64,000 bases of DNA from Escherichia coli (GTDB lineage: Bacteria; Pseudomonadota; Gammaproteobacteria; Enterobacterales; Enterobacteriaceae), in assembly GCF_030384885.1 (NCBI RefSeq), contig NZ_CP128613.1, one strand, 5' to 3'. This document shows positions 30,826 through 40,190 of the stretch, piece by piece. The notes under the pieces are model-generated. The model was not told where the DNA came from. It was given only the letters and a program-made list of their open reading frames with translations, and did no database searches. How positions within the stretch are numbered: position 1 is the stretch's first letter; each line of letters begins with the position of its first letter. A program made the position numbers and the translations under genes.

Positions 30826-33800
30826 TTAATCAAAAAGTGATTCAACATCGTTAATCAACTCGCTGGCGGTGATGTCGTCGAGCATGGAAAAAGTAAGTAA
30901 AGGTTGTTTACCGTAGCGATCATCTGGCGAGGTGATTTTTACGCTTTCAACAGGTAACAGGTCGCCATAACCTGTTTCACCATAAATTAATGAAAAATGT
31001 TCTGTTTCAAGTTCGAGATCGCCATAAGGGGTAGATTTGCGCATCGCATAGACGCTGCCGCTTTCTTCCAGACGTTGCCAGCCTCGGCGCTCTAGCCCGA
31101 CAATACGTCCGGCCTGACAGAGCTGTCCTTGCCAGCGTGTCAGGTCGTGGGTATTCCGTTCATTATCAGCAAGACGATAACTACCACGATCGAGCTGTTG
31201 GAAGGGGGGAAGCAGTTCGTAATCAGCGTAAATTTGCCTGAATGCAGCGGCAGATTCAGGGGGGATTTCCAGCACATGCGGTATACCGATGTTTCCTGCT
31301 GGCAGCGTGAATAACTCATCCTGCGCATCGCTGTAAGTGCTGTCTTCTGCGACCCGGAAGCAGGCAATCAGCGTGTTTTCTTCAGTATATACTCCCCATA
31401 ACAGCCGTCGGGTTAAGTGACGTACCAGCGGATGCTCCACCAGAAACAGGCGGAACTGTTCTGCCGTCCAGCGTCTGCGCTGGCACATAGCCTGCTCCAG
31501 ACGATCAATCTGCTGACTGGCAATGGCGCGCACATCTTTCTTCAATTGTTTGAAGAGGTTAACGGCGTCAGTTGCCAGTGTTTTATCATCGCTCTGATTT
31601 GGTTTGGGTAAATCTTTCAGGACTTTGCCGTTTGCATCGCGCACTACAGGTTTTAAGGTTTCGTCAAAACCAACGGTGAATTGACGTGGGCCGAAATTAA
31701 GTATCAGCGAGCCGTTGATATCAAGCCCTAAATCTGGAGCCAGGCGGTCTTCCAGTTCGGCCATAGTCAGCCCACGGTTTTCAGCAACTATGTTGATTTT
31801 CTCGCGGGCATGTTCCTGTAATACAACGAATTTAATCTTTTTCGCAATGCCATTAAGCAGCATTAGCGCAACATCGCTGCCAATATCAGCTAATACATCC
31901 AACCCGGACACCGCCCGTTTATGCTGTGATTCCCCAGGCCAGGCACTGATAAGCGGGGTTAATTTACGCGCGGTGTCGTCATTGCCTAAAATCCCCAGCG
32001 AAGTAAATGCCCAGTTTTCTTTTGCGGGTGCGCCAGCTTCTGTCCAGGCGGTATACAGATCCCAGCCAAAGTCAGCCAGTGATTCGCGAGTGAAGGTTTC
32101 TTTGATGATCTCCAGCCCAGCGTAGGCGGTAATGTCGCGAGGAAAGCTCAGCATAGTGCCCAGGTGGCGCATAGCGTCATCTGGTAGAGGCAGGTTGTTA
32201 CTTTTAAGCCGTGGTCTGCGCCATAAGGTGAACTGATAAAAGCCGGGCAGTGGGGCGATTTTTGCGGGATATTCTTCCAGAGGATCGCTATCAAATAATG
32301 TTGCCAGCGCAGCTAAAACATCAGGTTGATTATATCCTTGCGCGATTTTCTCAATCGTTTCTCGCTGGTTTAATTTCACTAGCAGGCGGAGCGCCTGGCG
32401 GGCATATTCCCGATTTTGGCACGGTTTGCCCAGTGCCAAAGGCAGTAGCCCGGCGGCGGCATGGCGCGGGTTATTTGCCAGCCAATTAACGGCATCCTTG
32501 TAAGCCATTTTTTTCTGTAACCGCTGCGCCATTGGTAAGGCTAGTTCACTGGCCCCAATAAAGAGGGTGAATATCCACAGTCGTTGATGATCTCGTTGCA
32601 AGCAGGTCATAAACGCAGGAATGGCCGTACTACCAAAAACTGCCAGAATCTCTTTCTCACCTGAATATCGCTCCTCAATGATTATTTGGTTGAGAAATGA
32701 AATCGCCTGTTGTCCCGGTAAGTAACAAAGCGCAGATAAATTCCAGCTTTTGTTGGCATTGTTGTGATATTTCGCAAACTCAGCTTTTAGTGCTGGAAAA
32801 TCAAAGCGCAACAAGGCATCAACAGCGCTTTGCGGTATGTATTTTTTTTCATGTAAGTCATCTTCGCAATGCAGCCATTCATTAAAACCTAATTGCCAAA
32901 GGATTTGTTGTTCTGGTGTAAAAGGAATGAAAGATGTCTCCCAGCTTTCTTTTTCAATTAGTGGTAGGTCGGTAAATAAGGTTTGCTGTGATGCCTGATA
33001 TTTCGCGATTTCACTGAATCTGGATATGTCAGTGTGACTGATTAACTCTGTAATTCCTGGTGTGATATCCGTGACGGCAGGAATGGGAAGCACAGGTAAA
33101 TCAAATACGGGTATTACATTTTTCTTCTTATTTATTATCCACGGTGGAGCGACAAATAGCTGCGGCAACATATCCGCAGTGGCATACTCACATTCTTTAG
33201 CTACTGACTGAGGACGACATTCAGATAAGATGCCTGCCGCTTTAGCATTAACCCAGGGAATGACGTCAGTGACTAACTCTGGCGTGACGGTAATCAGTTT
33301 GACAAGCGCGTTGCGCCACTGTGCATCTTCATGTATTGCCAGCAAAGTAGCATAAGCGGCAATAGCCGCAGCGGGATGTTTTTGGCAGGCTTTGCTTAAG
33401 TATTCCAGGTGCTTTTTCTTGCCATTTACACCGAGGATCAGAATTTGAATCGCATCCGGGTGATTCGTTTTCCATAGCCATTTGACAAGATCTTCAGTCT
33501 CGCTGATGCGCTCGAAGAGATAAGTGGGATTGTCAGAATGCTCTTCCACAAACTCAGTAAGTATCCGGCTTACACCGCGCCCCCCATTATTTGCCAGCAA
33601 CATTGCCAGATAAGCGCGAAAATCACGATACAACGGTGGGAAGTCGTATTTTTCTGCTGTAGTCAGAGCTATATCATCGGTTACTACCAGTCTTAACCAG
33701 GTTATCGCCGGAACGTTTTGGTCTGCATAATGTAGCGCCATAGCATTGGCAATATCCGGGCGTTCAGGGAGCAGTAACGCGGCAAAAGGTTGCCGTGCTG

Positions 33801-34623
33801 GGGATAGCGTCGGAATAGCAGTAAGCACTTTATCCACACAGCGTTGCCACTCATCTTCTGAAGCGAGTGAAAGATGATGACATAGACGTTGATGCCAACT
33901 CGGTAGCGATTCTGCTTCGTGATTAGGTGGAATGATGGTGGTTACTGCGCCTTTTACTGGTTTATATTTGAGTTGAAGAGCGAGAAGGGCGATTTCAACG
34001 GCACTTTCCAGACCACAGCGAATGACTAAGTCATCGACCAGTTCATCTTGAGAGTAAGAGTTCCAAAAGCCCCAGAGCAATGCTGCATCAGATTGCGCAC
34101 TCCCTGTCGGTTGATTACCCTGAACTCGCATTTGTAACTCAGCAAAAGCCTGCTGCCAGTTTTCTGGATAAGAGCGGTAATTATTGTCGGGGTCATATGC
34201 CCTGGTGTTATTCGCGATGCGCTTCCATATTTGACCATCTTTGTGCAGATAATTGATATCTCTGGGGCGAGAGCGATGTGGAAAAGCAAATCGGTTAATA
34301 TCGTCGGTTAGCGGAATGACTGCATCATCAGCCAGCCATGGGCGTTTGTTTTTACTCTCGGGTGAAGTTTCAACGTCAGGAGTGACTTTGGTGACGGGGG
34401 GGATATGCACGTTTGCCGAAGCGTCTTCCACATAGCCTTTTTTCGTTTTCTCAGCGATAAGCTTCAGTTCCGCTTTTTCCGCCGCCGCAGCATCCGCAAA
34501 GCTTTTTATCTGGCTTTGCCCTTGGGTGCCAACTTTTCCCCAACTGATATGCAACTCGTTACCTTGCTGCCCCACCGCCCAGAATTTATGCGATTTTTCG
34601 TCCTGGTAGATATAACTCTTCAT
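30826..34623 (-). CDS. MolR-like protein, WGR domain plus DUF4132 (1265 aa), copy B
   Basis: N-terminus MKSYIYQDEKSHKFWAVGQQGNELHISWGKVGTQGQ; diverged central region; conserved C-terminus; 12-nt gap to copy A. Confidence 0.85.
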   Translation of the reverse strand: MKSYIYQDEKSHKFWAVGQQGNELHISWGKVGTQGQSQIKSFADAAAAEKAELKLIAEKTKKGYVEDASANVHIPPVTKVTPDVETSPESKNKRPWLADDAVIPLTDDINRFAFPHRSRPRDINYLHKDGQIWKRIANNTRAYDPDNNYRSYPENWQQAFAELQMRVQGNQPTGSAQSDAALLWGFWNSYSQDELVDDLVIRCGLESAVEIALLALQLKYKPVKGAVTTIIPPNHEAESLPSWHQRLCHHLSLASEDEWQRCVDKVLTAIPTLSPARQPFAALLLPERPDIANAMALHYADQNVPAITWLRLVVTDDIALTTAEKYDFPPLYRDFRAYLAMLLANNGGRGVSRILTEFVEEHSDNPTYLFERISETEDLVKWLWKTNHPDAIQILILGVNGKKKHLEYLSKACQKHPAAAIAAYATLLAIHEDAQWRNALVKLITVTPELVTDVIPWVNAKAAGILSECRPQSVAKECEYATADMLPQLFVAPPWIINKKKNVIPVFDLPVLPIPAVTDITPGITELISHTDISRFSEIAKYQASQQTLFTDLPLIEKESWETSFIPFTPEQQILWQLGFNEWLHCEDDLHEKKYIPQSAVDALLRFDFPALKAEFAKYHNNANKSWNLSALCYLPGQQAISFLNQIIIEERYSGEKEILAVFGSTAIPAFMTCLQRDHQRLWIFTLFIGASELALPMAQRLQKKMAYKDAVNWLANNPRHAAAGLLPLALGKPCQNREYARQALRLLVKLNQRETIEKIAQGYNQPDVLAALATLFDSDPLEEYPAKIAPLPGFYQFTLWRRPRLKSNNLPLPDDAMRHLGTMLSFPRDITAYAGLEIIKETFTRESLADFGWDLYTAWTEAGAPAKENWAFTSLGILGNDDTARKLTPLISAWPGESQHKRAVSGLDVLADIGSDVALMLLNGIAKKIKFVVLQEHAREKINIVAENRGLTMAELEDRLAPDLGLDINGSLILNFGPRQFTVGFDETLKPVVRDANGKVLKDLPKPNQSDDKTLATDAVNLFKQLKKDVRAIASQQIDRLEQAMCQRRRWTAEQFRLFLVEHPLVRHLTRRLLWGVYTEENTLIACFRVAEDSTYSDAQDELFTLPAGNIGIPHVLEIPPESAAAFRQIYADYELLPPFQQLDRGSYRLADNERNTHDLTRWQGQLCQAGRIVGLERRGWQRLEESGSVYAMRKSTPYGDLELETEHFSLIYGETGYGDLLPVESVKITSPDDRYGKQPLLTFSMLDDITASELINDVESLFD

Positions 34624-34720
34624 CCGCGTTCCCTGTATTTATATCCAGTTATAAGCGGATGCTAGCAGTTAATGAAAAAAATTAAGAGCGTTGAACAAAC
34701 AAGAAAACAACTTTAGGAAT

Positions 34721-34753
34721 TCATAAAGAAAAGGCGCTGTCGATGCAGCGCCT
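34721..34753 (-). terminator. Intrinsic terminator of metG
   Basis: Minus-strand hairpin ggcgctg-catcga-cagcgcc followed by ttttctttat, 10 nt after the metG stop. Confidence 0.7.
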
Positions 34754-34763
34754 TGAAGGGGGA

Positions 34764-36797
34764 TTATTTCACCTGATGGCCCGGTTTAGCACCGGCATCC
34801 GGGCTTAGCAGGAAAATATCTTTCCCGCCAGGACCAGCAGCCATCACCATGCCTTCAGAGATACCGAAGCGCATTTTACGTGGTGCCAGGTTAGCCACCA
34901 TAATGGTGTGACGACCAATCAGTGCCTGCGGATCCGGGTAGGCAGAACGAATGCCGGAGAAGACATTGCGTTTTTCACCGCCGAGATCCAGCGTCAGGCG
35001 CAGCAGTTTGTCAGAACCTTCAACAAACTCTGCGTTTTCAATCAGCGCCACGCGCAGGTCAACTTTAGCGAAGTCGTCAAAGGTGATGGTTTCCTGAATC
35101 GGATCATCTGCCAGCGGGCCAGTCACGGGGGCGGCAGTGGCTTTCACTTCTTCTTTAGACGCTTCCACCAGTGCTTCAACCTGCTTCATGTCAATACGGT
35201 TATACAGCGCCTTGAACGGATTCACTTTGTGGCCCAGCAGCGGTTGCTGGATACCATGCCAGGTCAGTTCCGTATTGAGGAATGCTTCTGCACGCTCGGT
35301 CAGTTTCGGCAGTACCGGCTTCAGGTAAGTCATCAGCACGCGGAACAGGTTTATGCCCATCGAGCAAATTGCCTGCAGGTCGGCATCGCGGCCTTCCTGT
35401 TTCGCCACCACCCACGGAGCCTGTTCATCGACATAGCGGTTAGCCAGATCAGCCAGCGCCATAATTTCGCGCACTGCTTTACCAAATTCGCGGCTTTCCC
35501 ATGCTTCACCAATCACTTCAGCGGCATCCGTGAAGGTTTTGTACAACTGCGGGTCAGCCAGTTCGCTTGCCAACACGCCGTCAAAACGCTTGTTGATAAA
35601 GCCCGCGTTACGGGATGCCAGGTTTACAACCTTATTAACGATATCGGCATTCACGCGCTGGACGAAATCCTCGAGGTTGAGATCGATATCATCAATGCGC
35701 GAAGAGAGTTTCGCAGTGTAGTAGTAACGCAGGCTGTCAGCGTCAAAATGATTCAGCCAGGTGCTGGCTTTAATAAAGGTGCCGCGAGACTTGGACATCT
35801 TCGCGCCGTTCACCGTTACATAGCCGTGAACAAACAGGTTGGTCGGCTTGCGGAAGTTGCTACCTTCCAACATGGCAGGCCAGAACAGGCTGTGGAAGTA
35901 AACGATATCTTTACCGATGAAGTGGTACAGTTCGGCGGTGGAGTCTTTCTTCCAGTATTCATCGAAGCTTACGCTGTCGCCGCGCTTGTCGCACAGATTC
36001 TTGAAGGAACCCATGTAGCCAATCGGCGCGTCCAGCCAGACGTAGAAATATTTGCCCGGCGCGTTCGGAATTTCAAAACCGAAGTACGGTGCATCGCGGG
36101 AGATATCCCACTGTTGCAGACCGGACTCAAACCACTCCTGCATTTTGTTTGCCACCTGCTCCTGCAACGCGCCGCTGCGGGTCCATGCCTGCAACATTTC
36201 GCTGAAAGAAGGCAGATCAAAGAAGAAGTGTTCAGAATCACGCATTACCGGGGTAGCGCCAGAAACCACCGATTTCGGCTCGATCAGTTCAGTCGGGCTG
36301 TAGGTCGCGCCGCAGACTTCGCAGTTATCGCCGTATTGATCCGGGGATTTACATTTCGGGCAGGTGCCTTTTACAAAACGGTCCGGCAGGAACATGCCTT
36401 TTTCCGGATCGTACAGCTGAGAGATGGTGCGGTTTTTAATAAAACCGTTTTCTTTCAGGCGAGAATAGATAAGTTCTGACAACTGGCGGTTCTCTTCGCT
36501 GTGCGTCGAGTGATAGTTGTCATAGCTGATGTTAAAGCCTGCAAAATCAGTCTGATGTTCCTGACTCATTTCGCCAATCATCTGCTCCGGAGTGATACCA
36601 AGCTGCTGAGCTTTCAGCATGATCGGTGTACCGTGGGCATCGTCGGCGCAGATGAAGTTGACCTCGTGGCCGCGCATTCGCTGGTAACGGACCCAGACAT
36701 CAGCCTGGATGTGCTCCAGCATATGGCCGAGGTGGATTGAGCCGTTAGCGTACGGCAGTGCGCACGTCACCAGAATTTTCTTCGCGACTTGAGTCAT
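34764..36797 (-). CDS. metG: Methionine--tRNA ligase
   Basis: 677 aa beginning [29 protein letters not shown] (HIGH motif), KMSKS present. Confidence 0.97.
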   Translation of the reverse strand: MTQVAKKILVTCALPYANGSIHLGHMLEHIQADVWVRYQRMRGHEVNFICADDAHGTPIMLKAQQLGITPEQMIGEMSQEHQTDFAGFNISYDNYHSTHSEENRQLSELIYSRLKENGFIKNRTISQLYDPEKGMFLPDRFVKGTCPKCKSPDQYGDNCEVCGATYSPTELIEPKSVVSGATPVMRDSEHFFFDLPSFSEMLQAWTRSGALQEQVANKMQEWFESGLQQWDISRDAPYFGFEIPNAPGKYFYVWLDAPIGYMGSFKNLCDKRGDSVSFDEYWKKDSTAELYHFIGKDIVYFHSLFWPAMLEGSNFRKPTNLFVHGYVTVNGAKMSKSRGTFIKASTWLNHFDADSLRYYYTAKLSSRIDDIDLNLEDFVQRVNADIVNKVVNLASRNAGFINKRFDGVLASELADPQLYKTFTDAAEVIGEAWESREFGKAVREIMALADLANRYVDEQAPWVVAKQEGRDADLQAICSMGINLFRVLMTYLKPVLPKLTERAEAFLNTELTWHGIQQPLLGHKVNPFKALYNRIDMKQVEALVEASKEEVKATAAPVTGPLADDPIQETITFDDFAKVDLRVALIENAEFVEGSDKLLRLTLDLGGEKRNVFSGIRSAYPDPQALIGRHTIMVANLAPRKMRFGISEGMVMAAGPGGKDIFLLSPDAGAKPGHQVK

Positions 36798-36928
36798 AGT
36801 AGGCATTACTTCTTAATAGTGAAAAGGGGTTAGATAGTACCAAATGGGAAAATGTTAAGTAAGTACTTCTCTATATTCTTCAGGTAAACTATCAGCTGAT
36901 GGTTTATCTATACAAAAAAGGAGTCGGG

Positions 36929-38038
36929 ATGAACGAACAATCCCAGGCCAAATCACCAGAAGCCTTGCGCGCAATGGTCGCCGGGACACTGGCCAATTTT
37001 CAGCACCCAACCCTGAAGCATAACCTCACCACGCTGAAAGCGTTGCACCATGTCGCCTGGATGGACGACACGTTGCATGTGGAACTGGTTATGCCATTCG
37101 TCTGGCATAGCGCGTTCGAAGAGTTAAAAGAGCAATGTAGCGCTGAACTGCTGCGCATCACCGGGGCGAAAGCTATCGACTGGAAACTGTCGCACAATAT
37201 CGCCACCTTAAAACGCGTGAAGAATCAGCCGGGAATTAACGGCGTGAAGAACATCATTGCGGTCAGCTCCGGTAAAGGCGGCGTGGGTAAATCCTCCACG
37301 GCGGTAAATCTGGCGCTGGCACTGGCGGCGGAAGGGGCGAAAGTCGGCATTCTGGACGCCGATATCTACGGCCCATCAATACCCACCATGCTGGGCGCAG
37401 AAAATCAGCGTCCAACTTCGCCGGACGGTACCCATATGGCACCGATTATGTCTCATGGACTGGCAACCAATTCAATTGGTTATCTGGTCACTGACGACAA
37501 TGCGATGGTGTGGCGTGGTCCGATGGCGAGCAAGGCGTTAATGCAGATGTTGCAGGAAACCTTGTGGCCGGATCTCGACTATCTGGTGCTTGATATGCCG
37601 CCAGGCACCGGTGACATTCAATTGACACTGGCACAAAACATTCCAGTAACTGGCGCGGTAGTGGTCACCACCCCGCAGGACATTGCGTTGATCGATGCGA
37701 AAAAAGGCATTGTGATGTTCGAGAAAGTCGAGGTTCCGGTGCTCGGTATTGTCGAGAACATGAGTGTGCATATTTGCAGTAACTGTGGTCACCATGAACC
37801 GATTTTCGGTACCGGTGGTGCAGAGAAACTGGCCGAGAAATACCACACGCAGTTGCTGGGGCAGATGCCGTTACACATTTCCTTACGTGAAGATCTCGAT
37901 AAAGGCACGCCAACAGTTATCAGCCGTCCGGAGAGCGAATTTACCGCTATCTACCGCCAGCTGGCTGACCGCGTTGCAGCCCAGCTTTATTGGCAGGGAG
38001 AAGTCATTCCTGGCGAGATTTCCTTCCGCGCGGTCTGA
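36929..38038 (+). CDS. apbC: Fe-S cluster carrier ATPase ApbC (Mrp)
   Basis: 369 aa beginning MNEQSQAKSPEALRAMVAG; P-loop GKGGVGKSS; SD AAGGAG upstream. Confidence 0.95.
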   Translation: MNEQSQAKSPEALRAMVAGTLANFQHPTLKHNLTTLKALHHVAWMDDTLHVELVMPFVWHSAFEELKEQCSAELLRITGAKAIDWKLSHNIATLKRVKNQPGINGVKNIIAVSSGKGGVGKSSTAVNLALALAAEGAKVGILDADIYGPSIPTMLGAENQRPTSPDGTHMAPIMSHGLATNSIGYLVTDDNAMVWRGPMASKALMQMLQETLWPDLDYLVLDMPPGTGDIQLTLAQNIPVTGAVVVTTPQDIALIDAKKGIVMFEKVEVPVLGIVENMSVHICSNCGHHEPIFGTGGAEKLAEKYHTQLLGQMPLHISLREDLDKGTPTVISRPESEFTAIYRQLADRVAAQLYWQGEVIPGEISFRAV

Positions 38039-38300
38039 CGCGTATTAACCTTTTTGGTTGTTTTTCATACACCGCAGAGATGTTACATTGATGCGGTGTA
38101 TTTGCTTTTGCCGCATTAATGAACACTTATTTAATGCTGCGAATATTCTGCGGACCTTCGTCCGAAACTCTATAAAGTCGATTGATCGTACAGGCAATGC
38201 ATCATTATCATCCTTCGTGGCTGTGTAGTGGATGTACAGCTATAGTTTGTTATGCACTCATTCTATCCAGGCATAACCTTTACTACAGGGATAACGTTCA

Positions 38301-38582
38301 ATGAATAAGTACTGGCTATCAGGAATTATTTTTCTTGCCTATGGAATGGCTTCTCCCGCGTTCTCTTCACAGACTGCCACATTAACGATTAATGGCAGGA
38401 TCAGTCCCCCAACATGCAGTATGGCTATGGTTAATGGTCAACCTCAACAGCATTGTGGTCAGTTAACGTATGATGTTGATACCCGTCATCAGGTTTCTTC
38501 GCCAGTCAAAGGTGTGACGACAGAAGTGGTTGTTGCAGGTAGTGATAGCAAACGTCGAATCGTGTTAAATCGCTACGATTAA
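38301..38582 (+). CDS. yehE: Small secreted protein YehE
   Basis: 93 aa with signal peptide MNKYWLSGIIFLAYGMASPAFS. Confidence 0.8.
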   Translation: MNKYWLSGIIFLAYGMASPAFSSQTATLTINGRISPPTCSMAMVNGQPQQHCGQLTYDVDTRHQVSSPVKGVTTEVVVAGSDSKRRIVLNRYD

Positions 38583-38877
38583 TTTGCCACCCTGGTTTTT
38601 TAAGCGGATTTAGAAAGCTGAAATCATTCGCGTGAATGATTTCAGCTTTTTTATTGATATTAATAATACCATTTAAAAAAATCTGCATTAATTAATAGAT
38701 GTGATAAATATTTAATATGCTTAAGTATTTGTTGTATTTATATTGCAATAGTTAATTTGTTTTAAATCAATAAAACAATATGTTTACATTGCGGCAACTT
38801 TTTTGATGTGAGAAATTTGTTTCCAAGAGATACAGACTCTTAACAACCAAAAAATAAATTTTATTAAGGAACATATT

Positions 38878-39420
38878 ATGAAACGTTCAATTATTGCTGC
38901 CGCTGTCTTTTCTTCTTTTTTTATGAGCGCTGGGGTATTTGCCGCAGACGTTGATACCGGAACATTAACCATTAAAGGGAATATTGCAGAATCTCCGTGT
39001 AAATTCGAAGCAGGTGGCGATTCAGTAAGTATTAATATGCCAACTGTACCAACCACTGTCTTTGAAGGTAAAGCTAAATACTCGACCTATGATGATGCAG
39101 TCGGTGTAACCAGCAGCATGTTAAAAATTAGCTGTCCGAAAGAAGTTGCTGGTGTAAAACTCTCGTTGATTACCAACGATAAAATAACCGGAAACGATAA
39201 GGCGATAGCCAGTAGCAACGATACCGTGGGGTACTATCTCTATTTAGGTGATAACAGTGATGTCCTGGATGTTTCTGCACCTTTTAACATTGAGAGTTAT
39301 AAAACAGCGGAAGGTCAATATGCTATTCCGTTTAAAGCAAAATACCTGAAGCTGACAGATAATTCAGTGCAATCAGATGATGTGTTATCTTCTCTGGTTA
39401 TGCGTGTGGCGCAGGATTAA
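38878..39420 (+). CDS. yehD: Chaperone-usher fimbrial major subunit
   Basis: 180 aa, signal peptide, fimbrial subunit fold signature (C...C, C-terminal donor-strand region). Confidence 0.88.
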   Translation: MKRSIIAAAVFSSFFMSAGVFAADVDTGTLTIKGNIAESPCKFEAGGDSVSINMPTVPTTVFEGKAKYSTYDDAVGVTSSMLKISCPKEVAGVKLSLITNDKITGNDKAIASSNDTVGYYLYLGDNSDVLDVSAPFNIESYKTAEGQYAIPFKAKYLKLTDNSVQSDDVLSSLVMRVAQD

Positions 39421-39500
39421 TAAATAAAATTTCAAATTTCTCCAGGTAATAAACATGGCCGCTATCCCCATGGCGGCCTTTTAATTTAAGAGGCATTAAG

Positions 39501-40175
39501 ATGAAAGGATTATTAGCTTTACTCATTTCTTCTATGGTCCTTCCTGCGCATGCCGGAATTGTTATCTACGGGACGCGCATTATTTACCCGGCAGAAAATA
39601 AAGAAGTGATGGTGCAGTTGATGAACCAGGGAAACCGTTCTTCGCTGCTGCAGGCGTGGATTGATGATGGCGATACGTCGTTACCACCTGAAAAAATTCA
39701 GGTTCCTTTCATGTTAACGCCACCAGTGGCAAAAATAGGGGCAAATTCCGGGCAGCAAGTAAAAATCAAAATTATGTCGAATAAACTGCCCACTAATAAA
39801 GAGAGCATTTTTTATCTGAATGTTCTGGATATTCCACCAAATAGTCCAGAGCAAGAGGGCAAGAATGCACTGAAATTTGCAATGCAAAACAGAATCAAAT
39901 TGTTTTACCGGCCTGCGGGTATTGCACCGGTAAATAAAGCGACATTTAAAAAGTTACTGGTAAATCGCAGTGGCAATGGATTGGTGATAAAAAATGACTC
40001 AGCAAATTGGGTAACGATTTCGGATGTCAAAGCTAATAATGTCAAAGTCAATTATGAAACTATTATGATTGCCCCCTTGGAAAGTCAGAGTATTAATGTC
40101 AAAAGTAATAATGCGAATAACTGGTATCTGACCATTATCGATGACCATGGCAACTATATTAGTGACAAAATTTAA
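39501..40175 (+). CDS. yehC: Periplasmic fimbrial chaperone (PapD-like)
   Basis: 224 aa, signal peptide, GTRIIYP motif typical of pilus chaperones. Confidence 0.9.
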   Translation: MKGLLALLISSMVLPAHAGIVIYGTRIIYPAENKEVMVQLMNQGNRSSLLQAWIDDGDTSLPPEKIQVPFMLTPPVAKIGANSGQQVKIKIMSNKLPTNKESIFYLNVLDIPPNSPEQEGKNALKFAMQNRIKLFYRPAGIAPVNKATFKKLLVNRSGNGLVIKNDSANWVTISDVKANNVKVNYETIMIAPLESQSINVKSNNANNWYLTIIDDHGNYISDKI

Positions 40176-40190
40176 TTGCAGGAGCTGCCT

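Noticed and set aside
15576-34623. Calling the yehLMPQ/yehI/molR block a phage-defence system
   Set aside because: Domain content (AAA+ MoxR, VWA, SWIM, WGR) is suggestive but not diagnostic, and there is no nuclease or other effector domain I could recognise; kept as a candidate only
34908-36479. 523-aa ORF antisense to metG
   Set aside because: Embedded in metG on the opposite strand; no start context; composition atypical
40176-40190. yehB start at 40176 directly abutting the yehC stop
   Set aside because: That codon is TTG; the ATG at 40191 with an upstream AGGAG is more plausible and gives the expected usher length
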